Assembly: GCA_020847715.1 (NCBI GenBank) | Contig: JADLBM010000021.1 | Span: 800-64,799, forward strand | Source: Candidatus Yanofskybacteria bacterium | GTDB lineage: Bacteria; Patescibacteriota; Minisyncoccia; 2-02-FULL-40-12; GWA2-44-9 | Length of the DNA stretch: 64,000 bases | Direction of reading: 5' to 3' | Shown here: positions 48,957-59,314 of the stretch, one piece after another | Position numbering within the stretch: the stretch's first letter is position 1 | Layout: each line of letters begins with the position of its first letter | Notes under the pieces: model-generated | What the model saw: the letters and a program-made list of their open reading frames with translations, nothing else | Databases searched by the model: none | What the model was told of the DNA's origin: nothing | Made by a program: the position numbers and the translations under genes

Positions 48957-50675
48957 ATGGCACCAGCGAAGGGAACTCGCATTCTTGTTATCGAAGATAA
49001 CGCCTTGATGGCGCAACTGCTCGCCGAAAAGATTGCAAATCTCGGGCTCACGCCGGTCCACGCCGACACAGGAGAATCGGGACTGACCGCACTCGCCGCA
49101 GAACCGACGGCACTGGTCGTTATTGATTTCCCGCTCGCCGGAACGCCTGACGGGTTCGCCACGATCGAGCGCATCCGCGCCGACCACCCCGCCGGCGACC
49201 TCCCCATCCTCGCACTCTTCAGCGCCGAAGATACCGATGGGATGCAAAAGGCGACGGAGCTCGGAGCGACGGAACACCTCATCAAAACCGAAACGAATGC
49301 CGATGGCATCGCCACGCGCATCGCAGAATTGGCGATGGGTAAGACGCCCGCGCGAAAGGCCGCCGAAACCGAACCCGTAAAAGAAACAACAAAGAAAAAG
49401 GAGGAGGAACAAAAGCCACAACCCGACGAAGCTGGATTCGTTGCTCGCGCCAAAAAGCTCAAAGACGAAGTGGAACGACTCCTGAAACTTCCGGAAGCTG
49501 ATGTGTCTATCATTCAGATCGTCGATGACATGATGAGCTATGCGTATATGGCCCGCACCTCGGACATCCACCTGGAGCCGTACGAGGATCGCCTCGTTGC
49601 TCGCATGCGTATCGACGGCATCCTGAACGACATCTTCGTATTCCCCAAAAGTCTCCACTCCGGCATTGTCACCCGCATCAAAGTGCTTGGCGGCATGCGT
49701 ACCGATGAGCATCAAGCGGCGCAGGATGGCCGGTTCCGGATGAGCATCGCCGATCCGGAGAAGCAATTCGATGTGCGCGTCAGTATCGTTCCTACCTACT
49801 ACGGTGAGAATGCCGTGCTCCGTCTTCTCGCAGAGCAAACCACCATTGATTCGCTCGACGACCTCGCGCTTACCGATGTGGACCGGAAAAAGATACGCCG
49901 CGCCGTTCAGACGCCCTACGGCATGATCCTTGCAACTGGCCCAACCGGTTCTGGAAAGACGACCACGCTCTACACCATCCTAAAGGAGCTCAACACCCGC
50001 GAAATTCAAATCATCACCCTAGAGGACCCGATCGAGTACTCCCTCGAAGGCGTCGACCAGATCCAAGTGAACACTCGGACCGGCCTCACATTTGCTACCG
50101 GCCTCCGCTCCATCCTCCGGCAAGACCCGAATGTCATTATGGTCGGGGAGATTCGCGATGAAGAGACCGCCTCCATCGCCGTCAACGCGGCACTGACCGG
50201 CCACAAACTCTTGGCAACGCTCCACACGAACGATGCCGCCACGACGCTTCCCCGCCTCTTGGATATGGGCGTCGAGCCATTCCTTGTCGCCTCTACGGTG
50301 AATGTCGCCATGGGACAGCGGCTCCTCCGTATGATCTGCCAGCACTGCAAGGTCGCTCGCCGCATCACCGAAGGCGAGTTCAATGCACTCAAAGAAAACA
50401 TCCCCGCGGAGCTTCTCGATGACCACCATGACTTCTTCCAGGGCAAAGGGTGCGACGTGTGCCACCACTCCGGTTATCACGGGCGCATGGGCATCTATGA
50501 GATTCTTGAAATGAACGACTTCATCCGAGAAGCGGTCATGCGCCACGCGGATGCAGGCGAGATTAAGAAGATCGCCATCAAGAGTGGCATGACCACGCTC
50601 CTTGAAGACGGATTCCGCAAGGCGGTCGCTGGCCTCACCACTATCGAAGAAATCCTTCGCGTTATTCATGAGTAA
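48957..50675 (+). CDS. pilB: type IV pilus assembly ATPase PilB/GspE with N-terminal receiver domain
   Basis: SDIHLEP, GPTGSGKTT, LRQDPNVIMVGE, CxxC/CxxC; N-terminal ILVIED..VVID..K. Confidence 0.95.
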   Translation: MAPAKGTRILVIEDNALMAQLLAEKIANLGLTPVHADTGESGLTALAAEPTALVVIDFPLAGTPDGFATIERIRADHPAGDLPILALFSAEDTDGMQKATELGATEHLIKTETNADGIATRIAELAMGKTPARKAAETEPVKETTKKKEEEQKPQPDEAGFVARAKKLKDEVERLLKLPEADVSIIQIVDDMMSYAYMARTSDIHLEPYEDRLVARMRIDGILNDIFVFPKSLHSGIVTRIKVLGGMRTDEHQAAQDGRFRMSIADPEKQFDVRVSIVPTYYGENAVLRLLAEQTTIDSLDDLALTDVDRKKIRRAVQTPYGMILATGPTGSGKTTTLYTILKELNTREIQIITLEDPIEYSLEGVDQIQVNTRTGLTFATGLRSILRQDPNVIMVGEIRDEETASIAVNAALTGHKLLATLHTNDAATTLPRLLDMGVEPFLVASTVNVAMGQRLLRMICQHCKVARRITEGEFNALKENIPAELLDDHHDFFQGKGCDVCHHSGYHGRMGIYEILEMNDFIREAVMRHADAGEIKKIAIKSGMTTLLEDGFRKAVAGLTTIEEILRVIHE

Positions 50676-51744
50676 GCTCTCCGACCTCAACAACATATTC
50701 TTCCGGCTCTCGCTAAAAGATAAAATGCTGTTCGCGCGCCATATGGACATGATGACGCGATCCGGCATGCAAATCCTTGAAGCGCTCGAAATCCTCAAGC
50801 GGCAGACGAAGAGCAAGCCATTCATCCGCGTCCTCGACGGCCTCATTGCCGATGTCCGCAACGGACAATATCTCTCGGTCGGCATGGAGCACTACCGCTC
50901 CATCTTCGGCGAGTTCTTCATCAACCTCGTCCGCGTCGGCGAAACATCTGGCACTCTTTCGGAGAACTTCCGCTACCTCGCCGCCGAACTTGGGAAAAAG
51001 GGTGAGCTCCAGAAAAAGATCCGCGGAGCGATGGCGTACCCCATTATTATTCTCTTCGCGACGCTCGGCATCACCGGCATCCTCTCGTTCGTCATCTTTC
51101 CAAAAATTTTGCCCGTTCTGAAAAGTCTCAACACCGAGCTCCCGTGGACCACCCGAACATTCATCGCTACTTCGGAGTTCCTCTCCACCTACGGCGGACT
51201 CGTGTTCGGCGGAGCTGTTCTCCTCGCTATTTCGTTCTGGCTCCTGCTTCGCATCGAATCGTTCCGCAGGGCGTGGCACCGCTTCCTCCTCGCGCTCCCG
51301 CTCATCGGCCGCCTTACGACCGAAGTGAACATCGTGAACATGGCGCGGACATTGAATTTGCTTCTCCGAGGCGGCGTGAAGATCGTGCAGGCACTCGAGA
51401 TCACGGCCGATACGCTCGGCAGCCTCGTGTATCGCGATGAGGTTCGCGCAATCGCGGAAGCGGTCAAGCGTGGCGAGCCGATGAGTAAGACCATGATCGA
51501 CCACCCGCGCCTGTTCCCGCCCACGTTCTCACAAATGTCGATGGTCGGAGAGAACACCGGAAAGCTCGATGAGACGCTGGTCTTCCTCGCGGATTTCTAC
51601 GAAGGAGAGCTCGACAGCTCGACGAAGAGCCTGAGCAACGTCCTCGAACCACTCCTGCTGCTGGTCATGGGAGGCGTAGTCGCGTTTGTTGCGCTGTCCA
51701 TCATGACTCCTATCTATAAGATTACCCAAACGCTCGGCCGATGA
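50668..51744 (+). CDS. pilC: type IV pilus platform protein PilC/GspF
   Basis: VGETSGTL, AMAYP, GENTGKL, LEPLL. Confidence 0.95.
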   Translation: MSKLSDLNNIFFRLSLKDKMLFARHMDMMTRSGMQILEALEILKRQTKSKPFIRVLDGLIADVRNGQYLSVGMEHYRSIFGEFFINLVRVGETSGTLSENFRYLAAELGKKGELQKKIRGAMAYPIIILFATLGITGILSFVIFPKILPVLKSLNTELPWTTRTFIATSEFLSTYGGLVFGGAVLLAISFWLLLRIESFRRAWHRFLLALPLIGRLTTEVNIVNMARTLNLLLRGGVKIVQALEITADTLGSLVYRDEVRAIAEAVKRGEPMSKTMIDHPRLFPPTFSQMSMVGENTGKLDETLVFLADFYEGELDSSTKSLSNVLEPLLLLVMGGVVAFVALSIMTPIYKITQTLGR

Positions 51745-53507
51745 CACGCCCGGTCCGCCACGCTTCTGCCGCCGGATTTACCGTCGTCGAGACGCTGATT
51801 GGCCTCGCCATACTCGCCATCGTGAGCACCGGCGTGTATTTCTCGTATGCGAATGTCCTCGAAATTGTCCAAGCGGCGCACTACAACAGCGCTGCGCTCT
51901 CGATTATCGAATCCCATGTGGAGATGGCGCGGAACATGCGGTACGAGGACATCGGCGTCCAAGGAGGCGTCCCGCAGGGAAAGCTGCAGCAGGTAGCAAC
52001 CGTCACCGTTGGCGGTATTCCTTTTGAGCTCCACACCTATGTTCGCAACATCGATGACCCGTTCGATGGAACCCTCGGAGGCTCTCCGAACGACACAGCT
52101 CCCGCCGATTACAAGATCGTGCAGTTTCAGGTGACCTGTGAGGCCTGCTCCCGATACAAGATCATCTCGATGGCGACCTACATCGCCCCAAAAAATCTCG
52201 AAAGCGCGAGCAAGAACGGCAACCTATTCATCCGCGTCTTTGATGCCGCCGGAGCTCCGGTCCCCGGAGCAACCGTCCACGTCACGAATGCATCGGTCGT
52301 GCCCGCAGTCGACCTGACCGATACGACGAACAACGATGGACTCCTCCAGCTCGTTGATATCGCCACGAGCTCGGTCGGATACCACATCACGGCACAGAAA
52401 ACCGGATACAGTAGCGACCAGACGTATCCTCCCGGCTCGCCGCCGAACCCGCTCCAGCCCGATGCGACGGTCGCCACCCAGCAACTGACCATCGCAAGCC
52501 TCGCCATCGATCGCCTCAGTACGCTGAGTGTACGGGCGCGCGATCAGGTCTGCACGCCCGCCGAAGGGTTCTCCTTCCTCATGACCGGCAATAAACTCAT
52601 CGGCACAAGTCCTGACACGCCGCGATATTCGGCAACTCACACAACATCCGCATCAGGTACAGCATCGCTGGGTGATATCGGATGGGACACCTACACGCTC
52701 CGGCCGACGGATGCTACTCGCGATATCGCAGGCGCCACCGCCTCCCTCTCTCTCGCTATTGATCCCGCAACAGCACACGCGATGACATGGCTCGTCGCGT
52801 CACGCTCCGGCGATGCGCTCCTCGTGTCGGTCACCGACAACGCCGGAAACCCGCTCAACGATGCGGTGGTGCGGGTCACGGGCACTGCATACGACCAAAC
52901 ACGAACAACGGGACGAGGATCGCTCACCCAAACACACTGGACTCCCGGCTCATATACATTCGCAAGCGACTTCCTTGATGTTTCGAATCCGGAGCAGCTC
53001 ACCCTCCTCGCAGCGAACGGCTCATACGCGAGCGCGAGTCTTGAGTGGCTCGAGTCGGGCACTATTGATCTCGGCACATCGAGCGTCACCTTCCAGGATC
53101 TCCAATGGAACCCGGGAACTCAGCCGGCCCAGACGGGAGCGGACAGCTTGAAATTCCAAGTCGCCGCAAACAACGACAACGCCACATGGACATGGGTCGG
53201 CCCTGACGGCTCCCCAACAACATTCTTCACAACATCAGGACAAGCAATCCCTGCGTTCCTCGCTTCGAACCAATATTTCCGCTACCGCGCATACTTGAGC
53301 ACCGCAAACGATCAGGTAACCCCAACTCTTGAGGATATCTCGCTCGGATTCTCGTCGGGATGCGTCCCATCAGGACAGGCGTACTTCAATGGCATGGGTG
53401 TGGGAGCCTTCACCGTCGAGATTACCCGCTCCGGATATCAGCCGCTTACAACAACGCTCTCCGTTGATGGTGCATGGACCCGTACCGTCCTATCGCTCTC
53501 TCCATGA
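51741..53507 (+). CDS. large minor pilin with beta-sandwich domains
   Basis: GFTVVE prepilin motif. Confidence 0.88.
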   Translation: MTRPVRHASAAGFTVVETLIGLAILAIVSTGVYFSYANVLEIVQAAHYNSAALSIIESHVEMARNMRYEDIGVQGGVPQGKLQQVATVTVGGIPFELHTYVRNIDDPFDGTLGGSPNDTAPADYKIVQFQVTCEACSRYKIISMATYIAPKNLESASKNGNLFIRVFDAAGAPVPGATVHVTNASVVPAVDLTDTTNNDGLLQLVDIATSSVGYHITAQKTGYSSDQTYPPGSPPNPLQPDATVATQQLTIASLAIDRLSTLSVRARDQVCTPAEGFSFLMTGNKLIGTSPDTPRYSATHTTSASGTASLGDIGWDTYTLRPTDATRDIAGATASLSLAIDPATAHAMTWLVASRSGDALLVSVTDNAGNPLNDAVVRVTGTAYDQTRTTGRGSLTQTHWTPGSYTFASDFLDVSNPEQLTLLAANGSYASASLEWLESGTIDLGTSSVTFQDLQWNPGTQPAQTGADSLKFQVAANNDNATWTWVGPDGSPTTFFTTSGQAIPAFLASNQYFRYRAYLSTANDQVTPTLEDISLGFSSGCVPSGQAYFNGMGVGAFTVEITRSGYQPLTTTLSVDGAWTRTVLSLSP

Positions 53508-54100
53508 AACAGAGCGGCTTCACATTAATCGAGCTCCTCGTCGGCATCGCGCTCATGACACTCGCGCTCGGATTCGTGACGCTTTTCGCGATGGACATTT
53601 CCGACTTCGGATCGGATCTCAATACCCGCCTGGAAACCGAACGGGAACTTGATCTCACACTGCGCACCATGATTTCAGAAATACGCTCCATGGGACCCGG
53701 CGAGAACGGAGCGTACCCGATTGCTATCGCATCTGCGAGCGCATTCACATTCTTCAGTGATATCGACGGCGACAACTCCTTCGAGCAGGTGCGCTACTTC
53801 CTCGACGGCACCACACTCAAGAAGGGGGTGACCGAACCGACGGGAACCGAGCCTGTACAGTACCCCCCTGCAAACGAGGTCGTGAGCGAGGCTGTCCATT
53901 GGCTCGTCCCGGGACCAATCTTCACCTACTATCCCGCGGGACTTCCATCCGAGACGGGACCGCTCGCCGCTCCTGTCGATGTGTCGGCAATCCGTCTTCT
54001 TGTCATTAGCGGCACCACAGATCAGGACGCCAGCCAGCCACCGCTCCCATCCACGCTTTCAATCACCGTGACCATCCGCAATCTGAGAGGCGACATATGA
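53504..54100 (+). CDS. minor pilin (PilW-like)
   Basis: GFTLIE prepilin motif. Confidence 0.88.
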   Translation: MKQSGFTLIELLVGIALMTLALGFVTLFAMDISDFGSDLNTRLETERELDLTLRTMISEIRSMGPGENGAYPIAIASASAFTFFSDIDGDNSFEQVRYFLDGTTLKKGVTEPTGTEPVQYPPANEVVSEAVHWLVPGPIFTYYPAGLPSETGPLAAPVDVSAIRLLVISGTTDQDASQPPLPSTLSITVTIRNLRGDI

Positions 54101-55545
54101 CACAGCCCCACCACACCACCCGCGAATCCGGCCAGCTCTCGATGTATGTGCTGGTGTTCAGTGCGGTATCGCTCATCATGCTCTCAGCGTTCGTGCTCTG
54201 GGCAGACGCGAACATCAAAGCGGTCTTTCGCGATACCGACCGCGCCCAAGCGTTCATGTCCGCTGAAGCGGGCATCGAATACTATCGGTGGCACCTCGCC
54301 CACGCGAAAACCGACTACAAAGACGGCACGGGACAGCCCGGCCCCTACATTCACACGTTTGCTGATAAGGACGGAAACGAGGTCGGCTCATTCTCCCTCG
54401 AGATCGCCGCACCTCCGGTCGGCTCGACCGTCGTCGGCATCACCTCAACAGGAACGGTTGCAGCGAACTCGACCATCAGCAAGATCATCGAGGCAAAGAT
54501 GGCCATTCCTTCATTCGCAAAGTACTCCGCAGTAATCGGGGACTATGTGCGTTTCGGTGCGGGGACCGAGATCTACGGCCCCATCCACTCCAACCTCGGC
54601 GTCCGCGTTGACGGAGTCGCGCATAACCTCGTCACAAGTAGCGTCGCGAAGTTCAACGATCCAGACCACTCGGGCGGCGATGAGTTTGGTGTCCACACGC
54701 ACACCGCCCCCGTCGACCCCTACCCGCCATCACCCGTTCCCATCCGTTCGGATGTGTTCATGGCAGGTCGGCAGTTCCCCGTGGCCCCCATCGACTTCGT
54801 CGGACTCACTCAAGATCTTGCGAACATCAAAACCGATGCGCAGTCTGCTGGATTCTACCGCGCGTCATCAGGAGCCAGCGGCTACCACGTCGTCCTCAAA
54901 ACGAACGATACCTTCGACCTCTACAAGGTGACGAAGGTTCTTCGGGCGCCCAATGGATGCGTGAGCGTCCTTGGGCAGAAAGATTGGGGAACGTGGACCG
55001 TCGAGACGCAGACTCTTCTGGGAAACTATGCATTCCCATCGAACGGCCTCCTGTTCTTCGAAGATTCCGTCTGGGTTGATGGGACCATCAACACTGCGCG
55101 CCTCTCCATCGCTGCCGGTATTTTCCCTGAGAACTCGGCTCACTATGCGCACATCACGGTCAACAACGACCTCCGGTACACCAACTACGATGGGCAGGAC
55201 ATTCTCAGTCTCATCGCACAAGGGAACGTGTCGGCCGGCCTCCAGAGTGAAACCGATCTGCGCATCGACGCCGCACTCGTCGCTCAGAACGGGCGCATCG
55301 GGAGATACTACTACCAGGGCCCGTCCGGAAACCAGAATCGTTGCGGCCCGTACCATGTCCGGCAGACGATTACCCTCTACGGCATGATGGCATCCCGTGA
55401 ACGGTACGGCTTTGCATACACCGATGGCACCGGATACCAGAATCGCATTATCATCTACGACGCAAATTTGCTCTATGGACCTCCCCCGAGTTTCCCGCTC
55501 ACCGCGGACTACTACACCCCCATCTATTGGAACGAGAAGAAATAG
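54097..55545 (+). CDS. PilX-like minor pilin
   Basis: G-hydrophobic helix lacking E5, AEAGIE motif. Confidence 0.85.
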   Translation: MTQPHHTTRESGQLSMYVLVFSAVSLIMLSAFVLWADANIKAVFRDTDRAQAFMSAEAGIEYYRWHLAHAKTDYKDGTGQPGPYIHTFADKDGNEVGSFSLEIAAPPVGSTVVGITSTGTVAANSTISKIIEAKMAIPSFAKYSAVIGDYVRFGAGTEIYGPIHSNLGVRVDGVAHNLVTSSVAKFNDPDHSGGDEFGVHTHTAPVDPYPPSPVPIRSDVFMAGRQFPVAPIDFVGLTQDLANIKTDAQSAGFYRASSGASGYHVVLKTNDTFDLYKVTKVLRAPNGCVSVLGQKDWGTWTVETQTLLGNYAFPSNGLLFFEDSVWVDGTINTARLSIAAGIFPENSAHYAHITVNNDLRYTNYDGQDILSLIAQGNVSAGLQSETDLRIDAALVAQNGRIGRYYYQGPSGNQNRCGPYHVRQTITLYGMMASRERYGFAYTDGTGYQNRIIIYDANLLYGPPPSFPLTADYYTPIYWNEKK

Positions 55546-55670
55546 CTGCAGTGTGGATAAGCAACGGCCCGATACGCGGTATACTAGAGGGGAACGGTCG
55601 ATAGCTGGGACGCTCCATGCATGGCGTCGCAGCAACAACAGTATTTAACTCTTCGTATTAACTCATACTA

Positions 55671-55715
55671 CTTATGCCCGTGAAACTTACGCCCGTGAAA
55701 CTTACGCCCGCGAAG
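55671..55715 (+). repeat. 15-nt tandem repeat x3 in pilin leader
   Basis: cttatgcccgtgaaa cttacgcccgtgaaa cttacgcccgcgaag. Confidence 0.85.
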
Positions 55716-56153
55716 AAATACCAGAAGGGTTTCACCCTTATCGAAATCCTCGTTGTTATCGGTATCATCGCCATCTTGGCGGCGGTCGTCATCGTTGCGT
55801 TGAACCCGGCTCGTCAGTTCGCTCAAGCCCGCAACACGCAGCGCTGGAGCAATGTGAACACGCTCCTGAACGCAGTCGGTCAGCGCATGGCAGACAACCG
55901 CGGTCTCTGGACCAGCGGCAGCGGATGCCCGTCCTCCATTCCGTCTTCGTTCACCGTTGTCGGCTCCGGCTCCGGAAACACGAACCTCGGCGGATGCTTG
56001 GTGCCGGACTACGTCTCGACCATGGTCACCGACCCGACAGCAGGCGCTTCTGTCGCCTCGACCGGATATGAGATCATGCGCGCCGCGAATGGCCGCATCA
56101 CCGTTCAGGCCCCGTATGCAGAGCTTGGAGAGACCATCTCGGTCACTCGCTAA
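55674..56153 (+). CDS. type IV (probable major) pilin
   Basis: GFTLIEILVVIGIIAIL, NPARQFAQARN; own TATACT promoter and terminator. Confidence 0.92.
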   Translation: MPVKLTPVKLTPAKKYQKGFTLIEILVVIGIIAILAAVVIVALNPARQFAQARNTQRWSNVNTLLNAVGQRMADNRGLWTSGSGCPSSIPSSFTVVGSGSGNTNLGGCLVPDYVSTMVTDPTAGASVASTGYEIMRAANGRITVQAPYAELGETISVTR

Positions 56154-56217
56154 GACGCATTCCCATACAACACGCGCCCCGATGGGGCGCGTGTTGTATC
56201 GTGGTATACTAGTGGCA

Positions 56218-57888
56218 ATGAAATGGCTTCTCGTGTCCATCTTCGCCGTCTTTGGATGGGTCAGTGTAGCAACTGCCGCGCCATACACGGAGTTCGCTCC
56301 CGACTATGCGCAGAGCCTCATGCTCGCCTCATCGGAAACGGCATCTGAGATATTTCTGCCCCTGAATGAATACCTCAGCGGGCTTGATGTTTGGCTGAGC
56401 AACACGAATACGGCGGGCCCCGCAACATTCTCACTCTACAACCCCGCCGGTGCGCTCGTCGCTGAGCGCACCCTCACGGTCCCCGCCCTCGCCGATGGCG
56501 ATACGGGGACCCGAATCCATGTCGCGCTCCCTGCGCAAATCGCGGTTCACGGAAATGAAGCGTACCGGATGCGCATCACCAGCACCGTTCCCACGATGCA
56601 GCTGTACTACGCAACCGCACAAAAACTCTTGGCGCATAACGGCACGCCGCTCCCCGCCTACACAAACGGCATCGCGCGCCTTGGCGACGAGGATACCGCC
56701 TTTAGCTTCCTCTACGCCCTCTACGAAAGCTCCGAAACGACTCCGCCACAGATCGCCAACGTCACCATTACACAAACGAGCCCAACACAAGTCGTCATCA
56801 GCTTCACATCAAACGAGCCGGTCGACCGTCGCGTCCAGTATGGTTCGTCTACCCTCGACTGGACGGGACAATACGCCTCGTGCCTCACCGGCGTGCAGAC
56901 CTGTACCGCAACGCTACCGGTAATCCCTGGAACGACGTACCCGTATACACTCACGGCACGGGACACTTGGGGGAATGCATCATCGACTACAGGAACCTTC
57001 ACCGTTCCCAGCACAGAGTCGTCGCCAAGCCCAACAGCGAGCGCCGTACCCGCAAGCTCTCCGCCTCCAGCGCCCAGCCCAACACCAAGTCCAACGCCTG
57101 ATACTACGGCTCCAATCATCACGAATGCCCGCACCGTTACCATCACCCCCACCAGTGCCACATTTGCATGGACAACCAATGAGATCGCGAACAGCACCGT
57201 CGTCGCACAGCTCACCCCCATCCTCATCACCATTGGCGGTAATAGCGACGCGACGCTTGAGCTGGAGCACTACATCACAGTCGGAAACCTCACGCCGGAC
57301 ACATACTTCCGCGCGACGATTACCTCGACCGACGGATCGGGGAACAGGGGTAGAACAACGGTAGACTTCCTTACGCCAAAGGAAACCACTGCAACCCCCG
57401 CGCCATCCCAGCCGTCCCCGACAGTAACAACCGTGCCCACTTCTTCACCGGCAACGGTCAGCACCACGAACACGGGAGGCTCGCCGAGTGTGAGTTGGCC
57501 GTCAGCGCCATCGGGTCAGACAACGACCGGATACCGCATCGATGTCTTCGACGCAGGCGGTACCCTCGTGAAAAGCGCAACTGTATCGCCTGAGCAGTAC
57601 CGTCTCACGCTCGACGGCCTCGCGGATGGCGAGTACCGCGTCGTCGTCTACGCAAACCATGACGGCGCATATGAAAAGGTCGCTCCGCCCGCAGCGGTCC
57701 GTGTGCGCACCCCATCGCTCCTTGAGCAAAGCGTCTCGGCGGCTCCGTACGTATTGGGCGGCATTGCGCTCATCCTCGCCGTGAGCATCGGCATTCTGAA
57801 ACTTAAGAAGCCAACAACAGCTACCGCTCCCCCCGAGCAGCCTCCGAGACAATCGGGAGCCCAGACGAACCCGACGACATTCGGATAA
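56218..57888 (+). CDS. secreted FN3-like surface protein with Pro/Thr linkers and C-terminal TM
   Basis: Signal peptide, WTTNE/FTSNEP repeats, PSPTP linkers. Confidence 0.85.
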   Translation: MKWLLVSIFAVFGWVSVATAAPYTEFAPDYAQSLMLASSETASEIFLPLNEYLSGLDVWLSNTNTAGPATFSLYNPAGALVAERTLTVPALADGDTGTRIHVALPAQIAVHGNEAYRMRITSTVPTMQLYYATAQKLLAHNGTPLPAYTNGIARLGDEDTAFSFLYALYESSETTPPQIANVTITQTSPTQVVISFTSNEPVDRRVQYGSSTLDWTGQYASCLTGVQTCTATLPVIPGTTYPYTLTARDTWGNASSTTGTFTVPSTESSPSPTASAVPASSPPPAPSPTPSPTPDTTAPIITNARTVTITPTSATFAWTTNEIANSTVVAQLTPILITIGGNSDATLELEHYITVGNLTPDTYFRATITSTDGSGNRGRTTVDFLTPKETTATPAPSQPSPTVTTVPTSSPATVSTTNTGGSPSVSWPSAPSGQTTTGYRIDVFDAGGTLVKSATVSPEQYRLTLDGLADGEYRVVVYANHDGAYEKVAPPAAVRVRTPSLLEQSVSAAPYVLGGIALILAVSIGILKLKKPTTATAPPEQPPRQSGAQTNPTTFG

Positions 57889-58411
57889 CGATAAAGCGCC
57901 GCTTGAAGGCGGCGAGGAATGGTTCGAGCGCAATCAGCCGCCGCCCTTCGCGCTCGTCCATTTGCTCAGGATCATTGAACGCGACGAGGCCCTCGAAGAA
58001 TCCCGTTACGACGATGATGTGCCCTCCGCCACGATGAGGATCGAGTCCCGCGTACACGCTCGCGAGAACGGGACCATGCGCAAGCTCGCTGCACAGTGCG
58101 CCCCACGCCTCAGGCGCAGTCTTAGGCGATGGCCCCTTCTCCGCATGATCGACGTTACACCCCTCGTACCCGTACGCGCGCGCAAGATTCACAAGCCCCC
58201 GATGCGACCATCCAACACCCTGCACGTACGCGCCGATGGCACGCCCGCGCTCTAGGAGTTCATCAACCGCTGCGGTTCGCGACCGCGTATCGCGAAGATG
58301 CCAAAAGTCCATCACCATCTTCAAAGCAGTAATGCCGCACCCGCGAGCCCGCCATTCATGGTCGCCGAGGTCCGTATACTGCGATGAGAAGGGAACGTCG
58401 TGTGAGACCAT
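57821..58411 (-). CDS. peptidase C39-like protein
   Basis: VPFSSQ, GCGIT, GHIIVVTG, NDP. Confidence 0.88.
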   Translation of the reverse strand: MVSHDVPFSSQYTDLGDHEWRARGCGITALKMVMDFWHLRDTRSRTAAVDELLERGRAIGAYVQGVGWSHRGLVNLARAYGYEGCNVDHAEKGPSPKTAPEAWGALCSELAHGPVLASVYAGLDPHRGGGHIIVVTGFFEGLVAFNDPEQMDEREGRRLIALEPFLAAFKRRFIVIRMSSGSSGLPIVSEAARGER

Positions 58412-58434
58412 AGTCTACGATACCTCGACAGATG

Positions 58435-58508
58435 TGGACCCAACCGGATTCGAACCGGTGACCTCCTCATTGCAAATGAGGCGCTCTAGCCAGCTGAGCT
58501 ATGGGCCC
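58435..58508 (-). tRNA. tRNA-Ala(TGC)
   Basis: GGGCCCA acceptor with G3:U70, CCTCA-TTTGCAA-TGAGG, GGTTCGAATCC. Confidence 0.96.
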
Positions 58509-58573
58509 AAAAACCAGAGTCTACCAGAAAAAGTTGCAGAATACCAGCTTTTGGGTTATGATTTCCCAGCTGC

Positions 58574-58645
58574 GGGCGACTAGTTCAGTGGTAGAACGCT
58601 GTCCTGATAAGACAGAGGTCGAAGGTTCGATTCCTTCGTCGCCCA
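58574..58645 (+). tRNA. tRNA-Ile(GAT)
   Basis: GGGCGAC/GTCGCCC, CTGTC-CTGATAA-GACAG, GGTTCGATTCC. Confidence 0.96.
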
Positions 58646-58729
58646 CCCCAACGGAAACCGGCCAATGGCCGGTTTCCTGCAAAAAACCTTGCCAAAAACA
58701 CAACGGTATGGTAGGATTTCTGTACTGCT

Positions 58730-59284
58730 ATGACCGATACCAAGACACTTACCTCGGTCAATAAGGCCCTCAAAGAGAAGTTTAAGGGCCGGAAACTCGT
58801 GTTCGGAAAAGGCTCCGTTGGAGCGAAGGTCGTCGTCGTCAGTGAGATGCTGGGAATCCACGGCGAAAAAGACGGCACCCCGCTCGGAGGACCGCACGCA
58901 AAAATGCTGAACAAGCTGCTCCGCGATGCCGGCATTGATCGCCGGAAGGTCTACGTAACCAACGTGGTCAAATACCGCCCCGAAGAAGACAAGCTCCCGA
59001 CGCCGAAGGAGATTAAAAGCCACGCCACGTTCCTCAAGGAAGAGATCCGAACCGTAAATCCGGAAATCGTGGTCACGCTAGGAAATCTTGCCCTGAACGG
59101 CGTGGGCCTCCGCATCCCCGTCGAGAATGTCCACGGCCGCACGTTCCCGCTCGGCGGCTATCGCCTGCTTCCGACCTTCCACCCCGAACGCGCTCTTCGC
59201 GATCCGGACGCAAAGACGCTCCTCGAGGCGGACTTCGCGAAGCTCAAGGAACTCATGAAAGCCCCGAAGCCAGAAGCAAACTAA
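58730..59284 (+). CDS. uracil-DNA glycosylase family 4-like protein
   Basis: YVTNVVKYRP, VTLG, PTFHP; motif A diverged. Confidence 0.85.
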   Translation: MTDTKTLTSVNKALKEKFKGRKLVFGKGSVGAKVVVVSEMLGIHGEKDGTPLGGPHAKMLNKLLRDAGIDRRKVYVTNVVKYRPEEDKLPTPKEIKSHATFLKEEIRTVNPEIVVTLGNLALNGVGLRIPVENVHGRTFPLGGYRLLPTFHPERALRDPDAKTLLEADFAKLKELMKAPKPEAN

Positions 59285-59314
59285 CACCCCTCCATTCCGG
59301 AGGGGTTGTTTGTA

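Noticed and set aside
48477-49838. 453-aa ORF as a single gene
   Set aside because: Only the last 135 aa are DUF1761-like; the rest is antisense to pilB
51741-56153. Diversity-generating retroelement or shufflon acting on pilins
   Set aside because: No reverse transcriptase, TR/VR pair or invertase sites seen
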